From a candidate division FCPU426 bacterium (GTDB lineage: Bacteria; Oederibacteriota; Muellerivitia; Muellerivitales; Muellerivitaceae), in contig CAWCKJ010000010.1 in NCBI GenBank assembly GCA_963796105.1, positions 32,001-96,000 of the forward strand: a stretch of 64,000 bases of DNA. Direction: 5' to 3'. The position numbers and the translations under genes are program-made. Below are positions 9,214-18,737 of the stretch, in pieces; the first letter of the stretch is position 1, and each line of letters begins with the position of its first letter. A model generated the notes under the pieces. It had not been told where the DNA came from. It was given only the letters and a program-made list of their open reading frames with translations, and made no database searches.

Positions 9214-10902
9214 ATGTTTTATTCTTTACCCGCTGAAACAGTTTTCGAGGCCAAACAGCGCACTAAAAGAGCGACTTTTCTCCTCTTTTTTCTTTTGATC
9301 GTTCTTTATGTTTTCTTCGCGGATTTGATGGCCCTTTCCGTATATTTAATGCTCAAGCTCAGGTTCACCGCGAGAATCGGCTCGGATCTTCCCGGGATCA
9401 TGATCTTCACGACTTTGACCGCGGCCGTGGTCGCCGCAGGCCATTTCATGTATGTCCGCAACAAATCGCTCGAGGATATGCTTTCTCAAATCCAGGCCCG
9501 GCCCGCGGATCCCGGCGATACTTACCACGACCAATTCATCCATATCGTGGCGGAGGCAGGGGCCGCCACCGGCATCCGAGGTATTCAGCCCGTGGTGCTT
9601 TCCACGCCCGGGTGCAACGCCTTTTCCTTGCAGGATTCCCGGGGCGGTTCAGCCATCGGAGCCACCGAGGGGCTCTTGTCCAAGCTGACCCGCGGGGAGC
9701 TTTCGGCCGTCGTCGCGCACGAGGCCGCGCACCTTCTGCATGAGGACACGAAACTCGTGACAACCGCCAGCTTCTTGTTCAGTGTTTTCGGGGACATCCA
9801 TTCGGCCCTGGGGCGGATTCTTTCCTCAGGGACTTCCGCGCGGATAGCCGACTACGGGAATTCCTATGGAAAGCGCATTGGGGGTGGAGGCGGTTCCCTG
9901 ATCATCCTGGTCCTTTGGCAGATTTCAGGTGTGGGCTACTTCTTGACCAGGCTCATCAGCATGGCTATATCCAGGGAAAGGGAATACCTAGCCGACGCGG
10001 ACGGGGTCCAGATGTGCAAGGACCCCCTATCCCTGGCGGAGGGGCTTTACAAGATTTCCCATCGGTACCGGGGGGACATGCCGGACACCTATTCCGCGGT
10101 TTTCATCATGGACCCGAACCAATCGGAATTAGCCGAGCAGGAAGGGTTATTGCCTGATCTTTTCAGCACCCACCCGCCAGTCTCCAAGCGCTTGACCAAG
10201 CTCCTGAATTGGGCGAAATCGGACGTGAAGACCCTTCAGGAAGCGGTGGAGCGGGAGGAAAAAGCCGCCCCGGCTCCGGGATCCCCCGTGGGAACCCCGC
10301 TCGGCGATAAAGAGCCGGCGTTCATGACATTCCAAAACAACCAGTGGATGGGGCCCTATACCCCCCTCCAGCTTCTGACCGCGGGTATCATCACGCCCTC
10401 CTCGTGGGTATGTCCGGCGGGAAGCCAGGAAGTGACCAAGGCCTCGGAAACAGCCGAGTTGCTCCCGCTATTTCAAAAACAGGTCCAGGGGGCTGTGACC
10501 CAGCAAGCCTGCCCCCGTTGCAAGGTTCCCCTGATGGAAATCCATATGGAAGGAGCGGAAGCGGAACAATGCAGTTACTGCAAGGGCCATCTCTTAAAGG
10601 GCGGAGTCTTGGAAAGGCTCATCACCCGGGAGGAAATAACCTTTCTTCCCGAGGATATTCGGAAGGCCCGGATTTGGCGGGACGTCCAAAAAGGGCCCCT
10701 CAAGGACCGGGACCCATTTCCGGATATCCAGTGCCCATTTTGCGAAAGTCCCATGGGAAGGAGCATCCACTCCATCCTGACCCAGGTGGTCATTAACCAT
10801 TGTTCGGACGATCAATGCGGAGCAATCTGGTGCGACGGGGGGGAACTGGAAACCATCCTTATGCTCATCCAAGATGCACACAGCGGCGCCGGGAAAGTGT
10901 AA
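9214..10902 (+). CDS. M48 (HtpX-like) zinc metalloprotease with C-terminal GYF_2-like and two zinc-ribbon domains
   Basis: HEAAH (HEXXH), SREREYLAD, FSTHPP; C-terminal CPRC...CSYC and CPFC...CSDDQCGAIWCDGGEL. Confidence 0.8.
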   Translation: MFYSLPAETVFEAKQRTKRATFLLFFLLIVLYVFFADLMALSVYLMLKLRFTARIGSDLPGIMIFTTLTAAVVAAGHFMYVRNKSLEDMLSQIQARPADPGDTYHDQFIHIVAEAGAATGIRGIQPVVLSTPGCNAFSLQDSRGGSAIGATEGLLSKLTRGELSAVVAHEAAHLLHEDTKLVTTASFLFSVFGDIHSALGRILSSGTSARIADYGNSYGKRIGGGGGSLIILVLWQISGVGYFLTRLISMAISREREYLADADGVQMCKDPLSLAEGLYKISHRYRGDMPDTYSAVFIMDPNQSELAEQEGLLPDLFSTHPPVSKRLTKLLNWAKSDVKTLQEAVEREEKAAPAPGSPVGTPLGDKEPAFMTFQNNQWMGPYTPLQLLTAGIITPSSWVCPAGSQEVTKASETAELLPLFQKQVQGAVTQQACPRCKVPLMEIHMEGAEAEQCSYCKGHLLKGGVLERLITREEITFLPEDIRKARIWRDVQKGPLKDRDPFPDIQCPFCESPMGRSIHSILTQVVINHCSDDQCGAIWCDGGELETILMLIQDAHSGAGKV

Positions 10903-10964
10903 AATAAGACTGGCCTAGATTTAGATATGAAATACAGAGCAAGACATGGATTGAAAGGAAGCGT

Positions 10965-11342
10965 ATGCCGGAAGCTTATTTGGAAAACGAGAAGCGCGTC
11001 GATCCCCGGTTCGCCGTGAGAATTCCCATCCTCTTCAGGGAAATGGACAATAAGGACGAAATCAGGAGCCTCCTGGACCCCTATAAGAAGGAAAGAAAAG
11101 CCCACACGGTAAATGTCAGCATCAGCGGGATGTGCCTGGTCGCGGGGATGGCGCTCAAGATCGGGACCGTCTTGAGCCTTGAGATATTGCTTCCCGGCTC
11201 TATGAAAATGCTGAAAGCGGTGGCCGAGGTGGTATGGTCGAAAGAGGCGAGCGCGGGAATCCGTTTCCTGGCCATGAAGGAAAACGACATGGTCTCCTTC
11301 AAGGCTTACCTCGACGAGGTTTCCTCCGGAAGCAACCCATAA
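10965..11342 (+). CDS. PilZ domain protein (c-di-GMP receptor)
   Basis: RVDPR (RxxxR), NVSISG (D/NxSxxG), AEVVW...GIRF. Confidence 0.85.
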   Translation: MPEAYLENEKRVDPRFAVRIPILFREMDNKDEIRSLLDPYKKERKAHTVNVSISGMCLVAGMALKIGTVLSLEILLPGSMKMLKAVAEVVWSKEASAGIRFLAMKENDMVSFKAYLDEVSSGSNP

Positions 11343-11374
11343 TATTAAGCCGGCATGAAAGACACCCAAATTAA

Positions 11375-12103
11375 ATGAGCGTGATTTTTTACACCTTCTC
11401 CATCTCCTTGTTTGACAGTCTCTCTACCACCCTTCAAATCATTATCTTCGTCCTCCTGCTCACAACCACTCATCCGATCCGAAACGCCCTTTTTTATCTG
11501 GCCGGGTTGAGCGGGGCCTATTATTTTTGCGGCTTCGCCGGATACTTCGCGCTGGATGATTTGCGGCTGTTCCTGAAACAGTTTTTCCCGTCCATGGATT
11601 CCATATCCAATCCGCTTTATTACCAATCGGAATTATTGACGGGCGTGGTCATGGTCGCCATCGGGATTTGGTATTACTTCAGGAAGAAAAAGGCCCCGCA
11701 GGGCAGGGCTGAAAACATGATTATCTCGAGACTCAAGACTATGAACAGCCTCTTCGCCTTTGTGGCCGGCGCTTTCATATCGATTACGTCTTTTCCTGTT
11801 TCCATCCCCTATTTGATAGCCTTGGGCAAGTACTCGACGCTTCAACTGGAGCTTCCGGCGTTGTGCGGGTACATCCTGCTTTATAACATCGGCTACGCCT
11901 TGCCCATGGTCCTCATCTTGGCCATTTACTTGGTCGCCCGCAGGAATACCGATGACTATCACGACGCCTTGCATGAGAAAGCCAGGATGCTGAATGTCCA
12001 CCTCACGACCTGGACCTTCATTGGCTTCGGGATCTTTTCCATGATTGACGCAGGGTGCTACTTCACGTTGGGCCATGCCTTGGTCAAAGGAAGGTATTTT
12101 TAA
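11375..12103 (+). CDS. GAP/Sap family (LysE superfamily) membrane protein
   Basis: Multi-TM protein; SLFDSLS, SIPYLIAL, LLYNIGYALPM. Confidence 0.65.
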   Translation: MSVIFYTFSISLFDSLSTTLQIIIFVLLLTTTHPIRNALFYLAGLSGAYYFCGFAGYFALDDLRLFLKQFFPSMDSISNPLYYQSELLTGVVMVAIGIWYYFRKKKAPQGRAENMIISRLKTMNSLFAFVAGAFISITSFPVSIPYLIALGKYSTLQLELPALCGYILLYNIGYALPMVLILAIYLVARRNTDDYHDALHEKARMLNVHLTTWTFIGFGIFSMIDAGCYFTLGHALVKGRYF

Positions 12104-12135
12104 TAATCTGATTGTTTTTATATCGAGGATAGGAG

Positions 12136-12570
12136 TTGCGGATGAACAGCCAGTGGGTTTTCATTTCTTTGACGACCATTTTTTACGGACTATTTAATAT
12201 TTTCACCCGGGCCGCGGGACCTAAAATCGGCGGAATCCTGGGGCCCTTGCTTTTGGAGGGTTTCGCGACGGCGCTTCTTTTGATGTTTTTTCTATGGAGG
12301 AGATTCAACGGGTCGGTGGAATCGGCGACTTCGCTGGGAGTCGCCTTTTCCATGGCCGCCGGGTTTTGCGCCGCCGCGGGTTCCGTGGCTTTTTTCATCG
12401 TCTTCTCGAGGGGCGGACAGCTTTCGGTGGCAGGCTCCTTCGTCCTCATTGGAAGCACCTTGCTGACGATCCTGGGAGGGTTTTTCTTCTTCAAGGAACC
12501 GCTTTCATCCACCCGCGCCGCCGGGATCCTTTTGGGGTTGATCAGCCTCTTTCTTTTGCGGATGGAGTAA
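12136..12570 (+). CDS. EamA/DMT family small transporter
   Basis: Five TM helices; FFFKEPLSSTRAAGILLGLIS. Confidence 0.8.
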   Translation: MRMNSQWVFISLTTIFYGLFNIFTRAAGPKIGGILGPLLLEGFATALLLMFFLWRRFNGSVESATSLGVAFSMAAGFCAAAGSVAFFIVFSRGGQLSVAGSFVLIGSTLLTILGGFFFFKEPLSSTRAAGILLGLISLFLLRME

Positions 12571-12622
12571 TCGAATTGGGTATTATGATTGACCGGGATT
12601 TTGTATAAAATTAACTTATTGG

Positions 12623-13342
12623 ATGAGAGGGATGGTAAGAAAAATGATCAGCATAAAAAACACATGGGTTTTGTTGACCGGCGCCAGCCGGGGCGTGGGA
12701 GTGAGAGTCGCCAGGGCTTTGGCGGATCAAGGCTGTAAATTGATTTTGCAAAGCAGGAATTTAGAGGGCACGAAAAAATTGGTGGAGGAACTGAAGGCCA
12801 AGGGAGTCGAGGCTTATTCGATCGCGGCGGAGTTGTCCGACCTGAGGCAAGTGGAGCGTTTAATCGCCGAGGCCCGGCGCCTGTCGGGGGACCATATCGA
12901 CATTCTTTATAACAACGCGGCGATCATGGCGAAATATCACGAAGATAAATACGGGGCCACCGCTGATGAATATGTCATGAGTTTCCTGGTGAACGTGACC
13001 GTGCCAGCCCTGATCTGCAACGCCTTTATCCCCAAAATGGTAGAGAGGGGCTGGGGCCGTATCGTGAATGTGACTTCCGGTATCGCCGATCAGCCGCAGT
13101 TGATGCCCTATAGCTGTTCCAAGGCCGCGCTGGACCGCTATGTGCGGGATCTTGTCACGACCCTCGCTGGGACGGGCGTGCTCATCAATTTAATGGACCC
13201 GGGATGGCTCAGAACCGACTTGGGGGGGCCGCAAGCTCCGAATGATCCTGATCGGGTTTTGCCGGGGGCCCTTGTGCCGGTACTATTGGAAGAGAAGGAA
13301 GGTAGCGGAAAACTTTACCGCGCCATGGATTATGCCAAGTGA
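12623..13342 (+). CDS. Short-chain dehydrogenase/reductase
   Basis: TGASRGVG, NNAA, YSCSK (YxxxK), PGWLRTDLGG. Confidence 0.9.
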   Translation: MRGMVRKMISIKNTWVLLTGASRGVGVRVARALADQGCKLILQSRNLEGTKKLVEELKAKGVEAYSIAAELSDLRQVERLIAEARRLSGDHIDILYNNAAIMAKYHEDKYGATADEYVMSFLVNVTVPALICNAFIPKMVERGWGRIVNVTSGIADQPQLMPYSCSKAALDRYVRDLVTTLAGTGVLINLMDPGWLRTDLGGPQAPNDPDRVLPGALVPVLLEEKEGSGKLYRAMDYAK

Positions 13343-13385
13343 GCTGTGAGTTTAGCGGACGCAATATTTTGAACAGGAGAAACAC

Positions 13386-15503
13386 ATGAGAAAAATTTTT
13401 GGATTGATGGCGGTACTCTTATTCCTTTCACCCGCGGTTTTCGCGGCGGTGGTGGAGGATTGGACCGGGGTGCAAGCGGCGAATACCGGCACCTATATGG
13501 ACAGCAACGGCTCCAAGATCGATTTTGCCGTGGACGCGGGGCCCAAGAGCGGGCAGAAGGCCCTGAAACTGACCTCCAATCTCATGCAGAGTGGCTATTG
13601 CGGCATCTGGCACAATTTCATGGCGGACCTGTCAAAAGGGGCGAATTTGAAGTTCATGGCCAAGTCCACGCTACCGGGAGACATCCAAGTCGCTTTGAAG
13701 GACGCCTATAACGTTCAGTACATCGCCAAGGCGCAGGTCAGCACGGATTGGGCGGAAATCTCCATCCCGCTGGCCAGTTTCCGCAAGGACCCCTATTACA
13801 CCCCTCCTGACGCCATTACGGGACATTTGATGGACCTTAGCAAAACTTCTGGGATGAATTTCGCCCCTCAAATGGCGGGGGCGGCGGTGCTTTTGTTCGG
13901 GCAGGTCGAGACGGACGGGACGGCCGCGGCCGCCTCAAGCGCCCCAGCACCCGTGACCGTAACCAAGGATCTCGAGTTTGTCGTGATGCCGGACCAAGTG
14001 CTCGGGCCCATCAGCCCCTATATCTACGGCCTGAACAGTCAGGATCCAACAGGCATGAACGCGACCGTCCGCAGGCTGGGCGGCAACCGCATGACTGGAT
14101 ACAACTGGACCAACAACTACTCCAACGCCGGGACCGATTGGAAGAACTCCAGCGACGATTGGCTCTGCGTCTCTCCGGTTAAATACGCCGATTGCGACCA
14201 GCCTGGCGCTCTTTACCGGCATTTCGTGGAGGACAACCAGAAAGCGGGGCTGGAATCGCTCGTCACGATCCAGATGGCGGGCTACGTGTCCGCCGATAAG
14301 AAGGGCGAGGTATTGAAGGAGGAGACGGCCCCGAGTCCCCGCTGGGCCAAATTGGAGTTCGCGAAAAAAGAAGACTACACCCTGACACCCAGTCCGGACA
14401 GCAAGGTCGTCTATGACGACGAGTTTGTCAACTACCTGGTCCAGACCTTCAAGTCGGCCTCCAAGGGTGGCATCAAATTCTACGACCTCGACAACGAGCC
14501 CGCCCTTTGGTGCGGCAAGCACCTCCGCATCCACCCGGACAAGCTCACCTATCCCGAGATCTTTGATAAGTCGGTCCAACTAGCCCATGCCATCCTCAAG
14601 GTGGATCCTACAGCCATGATCTTCGGGCCGGTGGCATATGGTTGGCAGGAGTTCCTCAGCCTCCAGGAATCGCCGGACTACGTGGAAATGAACAAGACCT
14701 ATGGTTCCTACCTCGATTACTACCTGGCCCAGTTCCAAGCGCAGGAAAAGAAGGACGGCCAAAGATTATTGCACGTGCTCGACCTCCATTGGTACCCAGA
14801 AGCCCAGGGCGGGGGAATGCGCATCACGGAGAATGATGTCACATCCGATTCCATCGATGCCAGGGTCCAAGCGCCCCGTAGTCTTTGGGACCCCGATTAC
14901 ATCGAGAAAAGCTGGATCACCCAGTGGTCCACGCACAACAAGCCCATCCGCCTCATTCCCTGGGTCCAGGAGAAGATCGACAAAAATTATCCCGGGACGA
15001 AGCTTTCTTTCTCGGAGTATGACTACGGGGGAGGAAACCATATCTCCGGCGGGATCGCCCAGGCGGACGTGCTGGGGATTTTTGGAAAAACAGGGGTTTA
15101 TATGTCGAACTACTGGGGGGACCTGAATCCCTATAACAAGGCGGCTTTCAAGCTCTACCGCAATTACGACGGCAAAAACGCGGCCTTCGGCGGAACCTCC
15201 GTCTCAGCCACGGCAGGGGATGTGGCTTTGGCCTCCATCTACGCCGCGACAGACCCCTCCCAGCCCGGTACCCTCTGGCTGGTGGTCCTGAACAAAAGCC
15301 AAAAGGACTCCATCCATGGAAAGTTCAAGTTCCAAGGAAAAGACGCCCACAAGAAATATGTCTGTTACGGGTTCGACGGCAAGTCATCGGAGGTCCAGAA
15401 GATCAAGGAAGGGGGGATCGACAAGGACCATTTTGAGTATTCCCTCGCACCCCTATCCGCCACCTTGTTCGTATGTAAGGGAGAGAATAAAACTCAAAAG
15501 TAG
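13386..15503 (+). CDS. Secreted GH44 endoglucanase/xyloglucanase with N-terminal CBM11-like module
   Basis: Signal peptide; RRLGGNRMTGYNW, LDNEPALW, DLHWYPEA, SFSEY, SGGIAQADVLGIFG. Confidence 0.85.
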   Translation: MRKIFGLMAVLLFLSPAVFAAVVEDWTGVQAANTGTYMDSNGSKIDFAVDAGPKSGQKALKLTSNLMQSGYCGIWHNFMADLSKGANLKFMAKSTLPGDIQVALKDAYNVQYIAKAQVSTDWAEISIPLASFRKDPYYTPPDAITGHLMDLSKTSGMNFAPQMAGAAVLLFGQVETDGTAAAASSAPAPVTVTKDLEFVVMPDQVLGPISPYIYGLNSQDPTGMNATVRRLGGNRMTGYNWTNNYSNAGTDWKNSSDDWLCVSPVKYADCDQPGALYRHFVEDNQKAGLESLVTIQMAGYVSADKKGEVLKEETAPSPRWAKLEFAKKEDYTLTPSPDSKVVYDDEFVNYLVQTFKSASKGGIKFYDLDNEPALWCGKHLRIHPDKLTYPEIFDKSVQLAHAILKVDPTAMIFGPVAYGWQEFLSLQESPDYVEMNKTYGSYLDYYLAQFQAQEKKDGQRLLHVLDLHWYPEAQGGGMRITENDVTSDSIDARVQAPRSLWDPDYIEKSWITQWSTHNKPIRLIPWVQEKIDKNYPGTKLSFSEYDYGGGNHISGGIAQADVLGIFGKTGVYMSNYWGDLNPYNKAAFKLYRNYDGKNAAFGGTSVSATAGDVALASIYAATDPSQPGTLWLVVLNKSQKDSIHGKFKFQGKDAHKKYVCYGFDGKSSEVQKIKEGGIDKDHFEYSLAPLSATLFVCKGENKTQK
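15053..15500 (+). repeat. Copy 1 of a 448-bp direct repeat (3' end of the GH44 gene)
   Basis: About 95% identical to 16255-16702 by manual alignment. Confidence 0.95.
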
Positions 15504-15588
15504 TGAACTGGCGACCCGAAAGGGCGCACCTTAACTGACTTCCAATGTGATTTTTGCGTTTTTTGGGTGTTAATATAGGGGCCTGACT

Positions 15589-15617
15589 TTGAATCTATTC
15601 TTTCGATGTAATATACT
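15589..15617 (+). promoter_or_regulatory. Putative sigma70 promoter of hicBA
   Basis: TTGAAT-N17-TATACT. Confidence 0.55.
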
Positions 15618-15650
15618 TTTAATGAAAACAATTGATTAAGGGGGCGCCAA

Positions 15651-15854
15651 ATGGATTTAAAAGTCCTGCTGGAACCAAGTGAAGAAGGTGGTTATACGGC
15701 TCTTGTTCCCGCTCTTCCAGGATGTATTTCTGAGGGTAAAACTAAAAGAGAGGCACTGAAAAATATCCGGGAAGCCATTAGTTTGTATTTGGAGCCGGTG
15801 GATGATGATTTGTTGGCCAGTCCAAACGCAATAATTGAAAAAATCGCCGTTTGA
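15651..15854 (+). CDS. hicB: HicB family antitoxin (short, no DNA-binding domain)
   Basis: EEGGYTALVPALPGCISEGKTKREALKNIREAI. Confidence 0.9.
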   Translation: MDLKVLLEPSEEGGYTALVPALPGCISEGKTKREALKNIREAISLYLEPVDDDLLASPNAIIEKIAV

Positions 15855-16081
15855 GCAAGGTTCCTAGTCTTCCTTATCATCGTATTGTTTCATCCCTCCA
15901 AAGATTGGGTTTTGTCGTGGTGCGTCAAAAGGGAAGCCATATCAGGCTGCAGAGATCAACCCCTGATGGGGAAGTCATCAAAATCACAGTGCCTGCCCAC
16001 CAACCTGTTTTGAGATCTACCTTGGCGCACATCCTAAAACAAGCGAAAGTTGGACTTGAGGATTTTTTAAACCACATTTAA
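15851..16081 (+). CDS. hicA: HicA family mRNA interferase toxin
   Basis: LQRLGFVVVRQKGSHIRL...ITVPAH...TLAHILKQA; 4-nt overlap with hicB. Confidence 0.9.
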   Translation: MSKVPSLPYHRIVSSLQRLGFVVVRQKGSHIRLQRSTPDGEVIKITVPAHQPVLRSTLAHILKQAKVGLEDFLNHI

Positions 16082-16139
16082 GACCGCTTGGACAGTCCGC
16101 CAAGGCTGGTCACCCGATGCTTGCGCTAAGGGGGCGGAT

Positions 16140-16254
16140 ATGGGAATCAAATTTTCCGGGGATATCAGGCCGGTGACCGATTTGAAGCGAAACACCCGCA
16201 GTCTATTAGACCAAATCCATAGAACCTGCCGTCCGGTTGTGTTAAGGATGATAA
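16140..16254 (+). pseudogene. Truncated Phd/YefM antitoxin
   Basis: MGIKFSGDIRPVTDLKRNTRSLLDQIHRTCRPVVL resembles a Phd N-terminus; cut off by the GH44 duplicate. Confidence 0.65.
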
Positions 16255-16708
16255 GATCGCCCAGGCGGACGTGCTGGGGATTTTTGGAAAAACAGGGGTT
16301 TATATGTCGAACTATTGGGGAGACCTGAACCCCTATAACAAGGCGGCTTTCAAGCTCTACCGCAATTACGACGGGAAAAACGCGACCATCGGCGGAACCT
16401 CCGTCTCAGCCACGGCCGGGGATGTGGCTTTGGCCTCCATCTACGCCGCGACAGACCCCTCCCAGCCAGACACCCTTTGGCTGGTGGTCCTGAACAAGAG
16501 CCAAAAGGACTCTATCCACGGAAAGTTCAAGTTCCAAGGAAAAGACGCCTACAAGAAATATGTCTGTTACGGGTTCGACGGCAAATCACCGGAGGTCCAG
16601 AAGATCAAGGAAGGTGGGATCGACAAGGACCATTTTGAGTATTCCCTCGCGCCCCTATCCGCCACCTTGTTTGTTTGTAAGGGAGAGAATAAACCTCAAA
16701 AGAAATAA
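16255..16708 (+). pseudogene. Orphan duplicate of the GH44 3' end (repeat copy 2)
   Basis: Encodes the last ~150 GH44 residues with 6 substitutions; lacks signal peptide and the NEP/SEY catalytic motifs. Confidence 0.9.
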
Positions 16709-16771
16709 ATCTATGCGGTGAGGTCTTAACCCAAACGGGGTGGGTTAACTTTGAAAAAGTTATTTGAAAAG

Positions 16772-16790
16772 TACTTTGCATTGCAAAGTA
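16772..16790. promoter_or_regulatory. Palindromic operator-like site
   Basis: TACTTTGCA-T-TGCAAAGTA, perfect 9-bp arms. Confidence 0.5.
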
Positions 16791-16917
16791 ACTGTAGTTT
16801 CAATCAAAAACACAAATAACCCGAGAATAAATATGTACTGTTATCCGTAAAAATCCGTATTATTCCCGGAATAAACCGAATCATCCAATCGCATCTTTTG
16901 TTATTATTGTTTAATCA

Positions 16918-17772
16918 ATGGAAAATAAATTCAAAACTTTTATCAACAAAAACTTTGGAATTGGTTTAGCCATTGTGATTGCCACTTCAATATTTTGGGG
17001 TCCTGTAAATTAAAATTTTTCTAAAAATTTAGAGGCAAACCAAAGTTCTCAAGATGAGTTTAGCAGGGGTTTTATATTTCGTTTCAAGAACGAACCTCTG
17101 GAAAAAATAAAACCTCTTTTCGCCCCTGATATTCGTAATCAATTCATCAACCTTTACCCCAAGATGACCGATATCTTGAATAAAATGGGTGAAATCCAAT
17201 CCGTCCACTTGACCGAAAACGAAGATGTCAAAGATAAGTCGGGCCGAGTTCTCGGAAAAGGCCTGAGATATTATGCGGATTTTAAAAAAGGCTCAATCAT
17301 CATCCAAGTTGTAACAGCCCCTCATGGGGAAAGTTTTCAAGTCAATGGAATGTATTTCAATGGGGCTAAGTATAGATATGATGAAATATTTCCATTTCAT
17401 TTCACGAACCGCAATTGGTTGCAATACGTTTTTCTTTTCTTTGCTTATGGTCTTTTTCTTTTTTGTGCGATCACATTCATTAAATGCCTGCAGAATGAGA
17501 TGATCGGAGGATGGGAAAAAGCATTTTGGTTAGTAGCTATTTTATTTGGGTCCATCAATTTAAACATGTTTTGGCTACCGCCATCGCAAGGTTATTTTTC
17601 AGTGGGTGACAATACCGACACGGCATTAAATATCAAGTTTTTAATCTTATTCCCTTCGGGAATTGTAAAAGTTGGTCTTTATAACCCATGGAGGGTTTGG
17701 ATTTCAATTCCTATTGGATTAATGGCGTATAATTCGAAAAATATTTTCCGAAAAGAGCCGAGCAATAAATAG
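16918..17772 (+). pseudogene. AT-rich membrane protein gene interrupted by one in-frame TAA (17011-17013)
   Basis: ATG 16918 is in frame with ORF 17164-17772; MENKFKTF...IFWGPVN*NFSKN... is open apart from one stop. Confidence 0.6.
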
Positions 17773-17885
17773 AGACCCAGAATGAGCATTGGAAAAGGGG
17801 TCTGATCCCTTTATTGTGGCACCTAGTAATTTGCCAGCTCGTTAATCCTCATGCCCAGGCTGCAATAACAAATAGTTGTTTTCAC

Positions 17886-17910
17886 GCAACCTTTTTGGGC
17901 TTGGCGCGTA
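17886..17910 (+). promoter_or_regulatory. ECF-sigma-type promoter
   Basis: GCAAC-N16-CGTA with a T-tract after AAC, upstream of the lepB-ECF operon. Confidence 0.65.
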
Positions 17911-17951
17911 TTAACTTATAGCAACAAAACAATAAAGGCGGATTCAACCAA

Positions 17952-18698
17952 ATGGAAAACATGAATTATTACCTATACGCGGCGGCGGTGATTTTGACCC
18001 TGCTTGAGATTTGTTTTCGCTGGGCCATTCCGGCGGTCCGGCGGAATCCATCCTTGGGGGCATGGGTGGAAACGGTGGATTCCCTTTGGGTGGCTCTTCT
18101 GCTGGCCCTGGCCCTCAAAGCCGTCCTACTCCAGCCTTTTGTGATACCTTCCGGCTCTATGGAAGACACCCTAAAGATTGGGGATTATATCCTGGTGAAA
18201 AAATACGAGTACGGCTACTCGATTTGGAACAGCACCAAAAGGTTCCTTGAATTCAAAAAGCCCCAAAGAGGCGATATCGTGGTTTTCGTCTTTCCCAAGG
18301 ACCATACCAAAGATTTCGTCAAACGGTGCGTGGGGACACCGGGGGACATCCTGGCCTACAAGGACAAGGAGCTTTACGTGAACGGGGTGAAGCAAGTGGA
18401 GCCTTACGTACAGCATATCGATCCCCGGATCTTGAAAGCGGGGGACCCGCTCGAACCGGTTGGGGATGAGGAGTCGCCCACGGCGGATGGGCTCAGGAGC
18501 AGTCGGGATAATTTCGGGCCTGTCACGGTGGAAGCGGGCCATTATTTCATGATGGGGGATAACAGGGACAACAGCCTGGACTCCCGTTATTGGGGCCAAT
18601 TGGATGAGAAACTCGTCAAAGGGAAAGCTTGGATGATCTACTGGCACTCGAAAAACTTCCATCCCGAATTCAGCCGCATGTTTAAAATAGTCCATTAA
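17952..18698 (+). CDS. lepB: Signal peptidase I
   Basis: IPSGSM (catalytic Ser), RGDIVVF, FVKRCVG (Lys), MMGDNRDNSLDSRYWG. Confidence 0.95.
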   Translation: MENMNYYLYAAAVILTLLEICFRWAIPAVRRNPSLGAWVETVDSLWVALLLALALKAVLLQPFVIPSGSMEDTLKIGDYILVKKYEYGYSIWNSTKRFLEFKKPQRGDIVVFVFPKDHTKDFVKRCVGTPGDILAYKDKELYVNGVKQVEPYVQHIDPRILKAGDPLEPVGDEESPTADGLRSSRDNFGPVTVEAGHYFMMGDNRDNSLDSRYWGQLDEKLVKGKAWMIYWHSKNFHPEFSRMFKIVH

Positions 18699-18737
18699 GA
18701 TTCAACCGGGACCTTGCCCGGAGACCGGGTTTGACAG

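Noticed and set aside
15053..16702. Diversity-generating retroelement TR/VR pair
   Set aside because: Differences are mostly synonymous and not adenine-specific; no reverse transcriptase in the window.
10965..16750. Integron cassette array
   Set aside because: Genes are co-oriented and unrelated, but I found no convincing attC sites and no integrase.
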